From positions 40,797,975 through 40,861,974 of the forward strand of contig NC_068982.1 of assembly GCF_001194135.2 (NCBI RefSeq): DNA of 64,000 bases, given 5' to 3'. Source of the DNA: Octopus bimaculoides. Its lineage: Eukaryota. The position numbers and the translations under genes are program-made. Positions 63,648 through 64,000 of the stretch are shown here, one piece after another; within the stretch, counting starts at the first letter, position 1; every line of letters starts with the position of its first letter. Below the pieces are notes generated by a model. That model searched no databases and was not told the DNA's origin. It saw only the letters and a list, made by a program, of their open reading frames with translations.

Positions 63648-64000
63648 ATCATCATCATCATCATCATCGTTTAACGTCCGCTTTCCATGCTAGCATGGGT
63701 TGTACGATTTGACTGAGGACTGGTGAAACCGGATGGCAACACCAGGCTCCAATCTAAATTTGGCAGAGTTTCTACAGCTGGATGCCCTTCCTAAAGCCAA
63801 CCACTCAGAGAGTGTAGTATGTGCATTTACGTGTCACCCGCACGAAGGCCAGTCAGGCGATACTGGCAACGGCCACGCTCGAAATGGTGTCTTTTATGTG
63901 CCACCCGCACAAGAGCCAGTCCAGGGGCACTAGCAACGATCTCACTTGGCTTGCCGGGTCTTCTCACGCACAGCACATTTTCAAAGGTCTCGGTCAGTAG
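63648..64000 (-). mobile_element. SINE-like element with an RTE-type 3' tail ((CAT)n; ggatgcccttcct motif), truncated by the window end
   Basis: (ATC)n tail and an internal tandem sub-repeat of about 65 bp; the class assignment is from recall of RTE-type tails. Confidence 0.6.

Overview
This is repeat-rich, AT-rich animal genomic DNA with many N-gaps and dense microsatellites. The SINE families and repeat load are consistent with an octopus (coleoid cephalopod) short-read draft assembly; that is recognition, not a search result. Only one host coding exon is well supported: 47107-47176 (+), SPASDLAARRGVFSRRHYGSVEL, matching the N-terminus of GARNL3. The window is therefore mostly the large 5' introns or upstream region of GARNL3, and neither its upstream nor its next downstream exon could be identified with confidence. 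The rest consists of tRNA-derived SINEs (several families), LINE fragments (RTE, CR1/L2-like, Dong/R4, Hero), Penelope-like elements (PLEs), and Tc1/mariner, hAT and piggyBac-type MITEs. Almost all listed ORFs are microsatellite or N-gap artefacts. The strongest novel signal is a Penelope 3' terminal repeat built as tRNA-like Pol III head + (AAT)n + minimal hammerhead ribozyme, which also occurs as a solo SINE-like copy starting at the tRNA 5' end. Also notable are a 262-bp near-perfect palindrome, further hammerhead-like mini-insertions, tRNA-Thr pseudogenes that travel with their flanks, and a Hero insertion flanked by a ~110-bp duplication.
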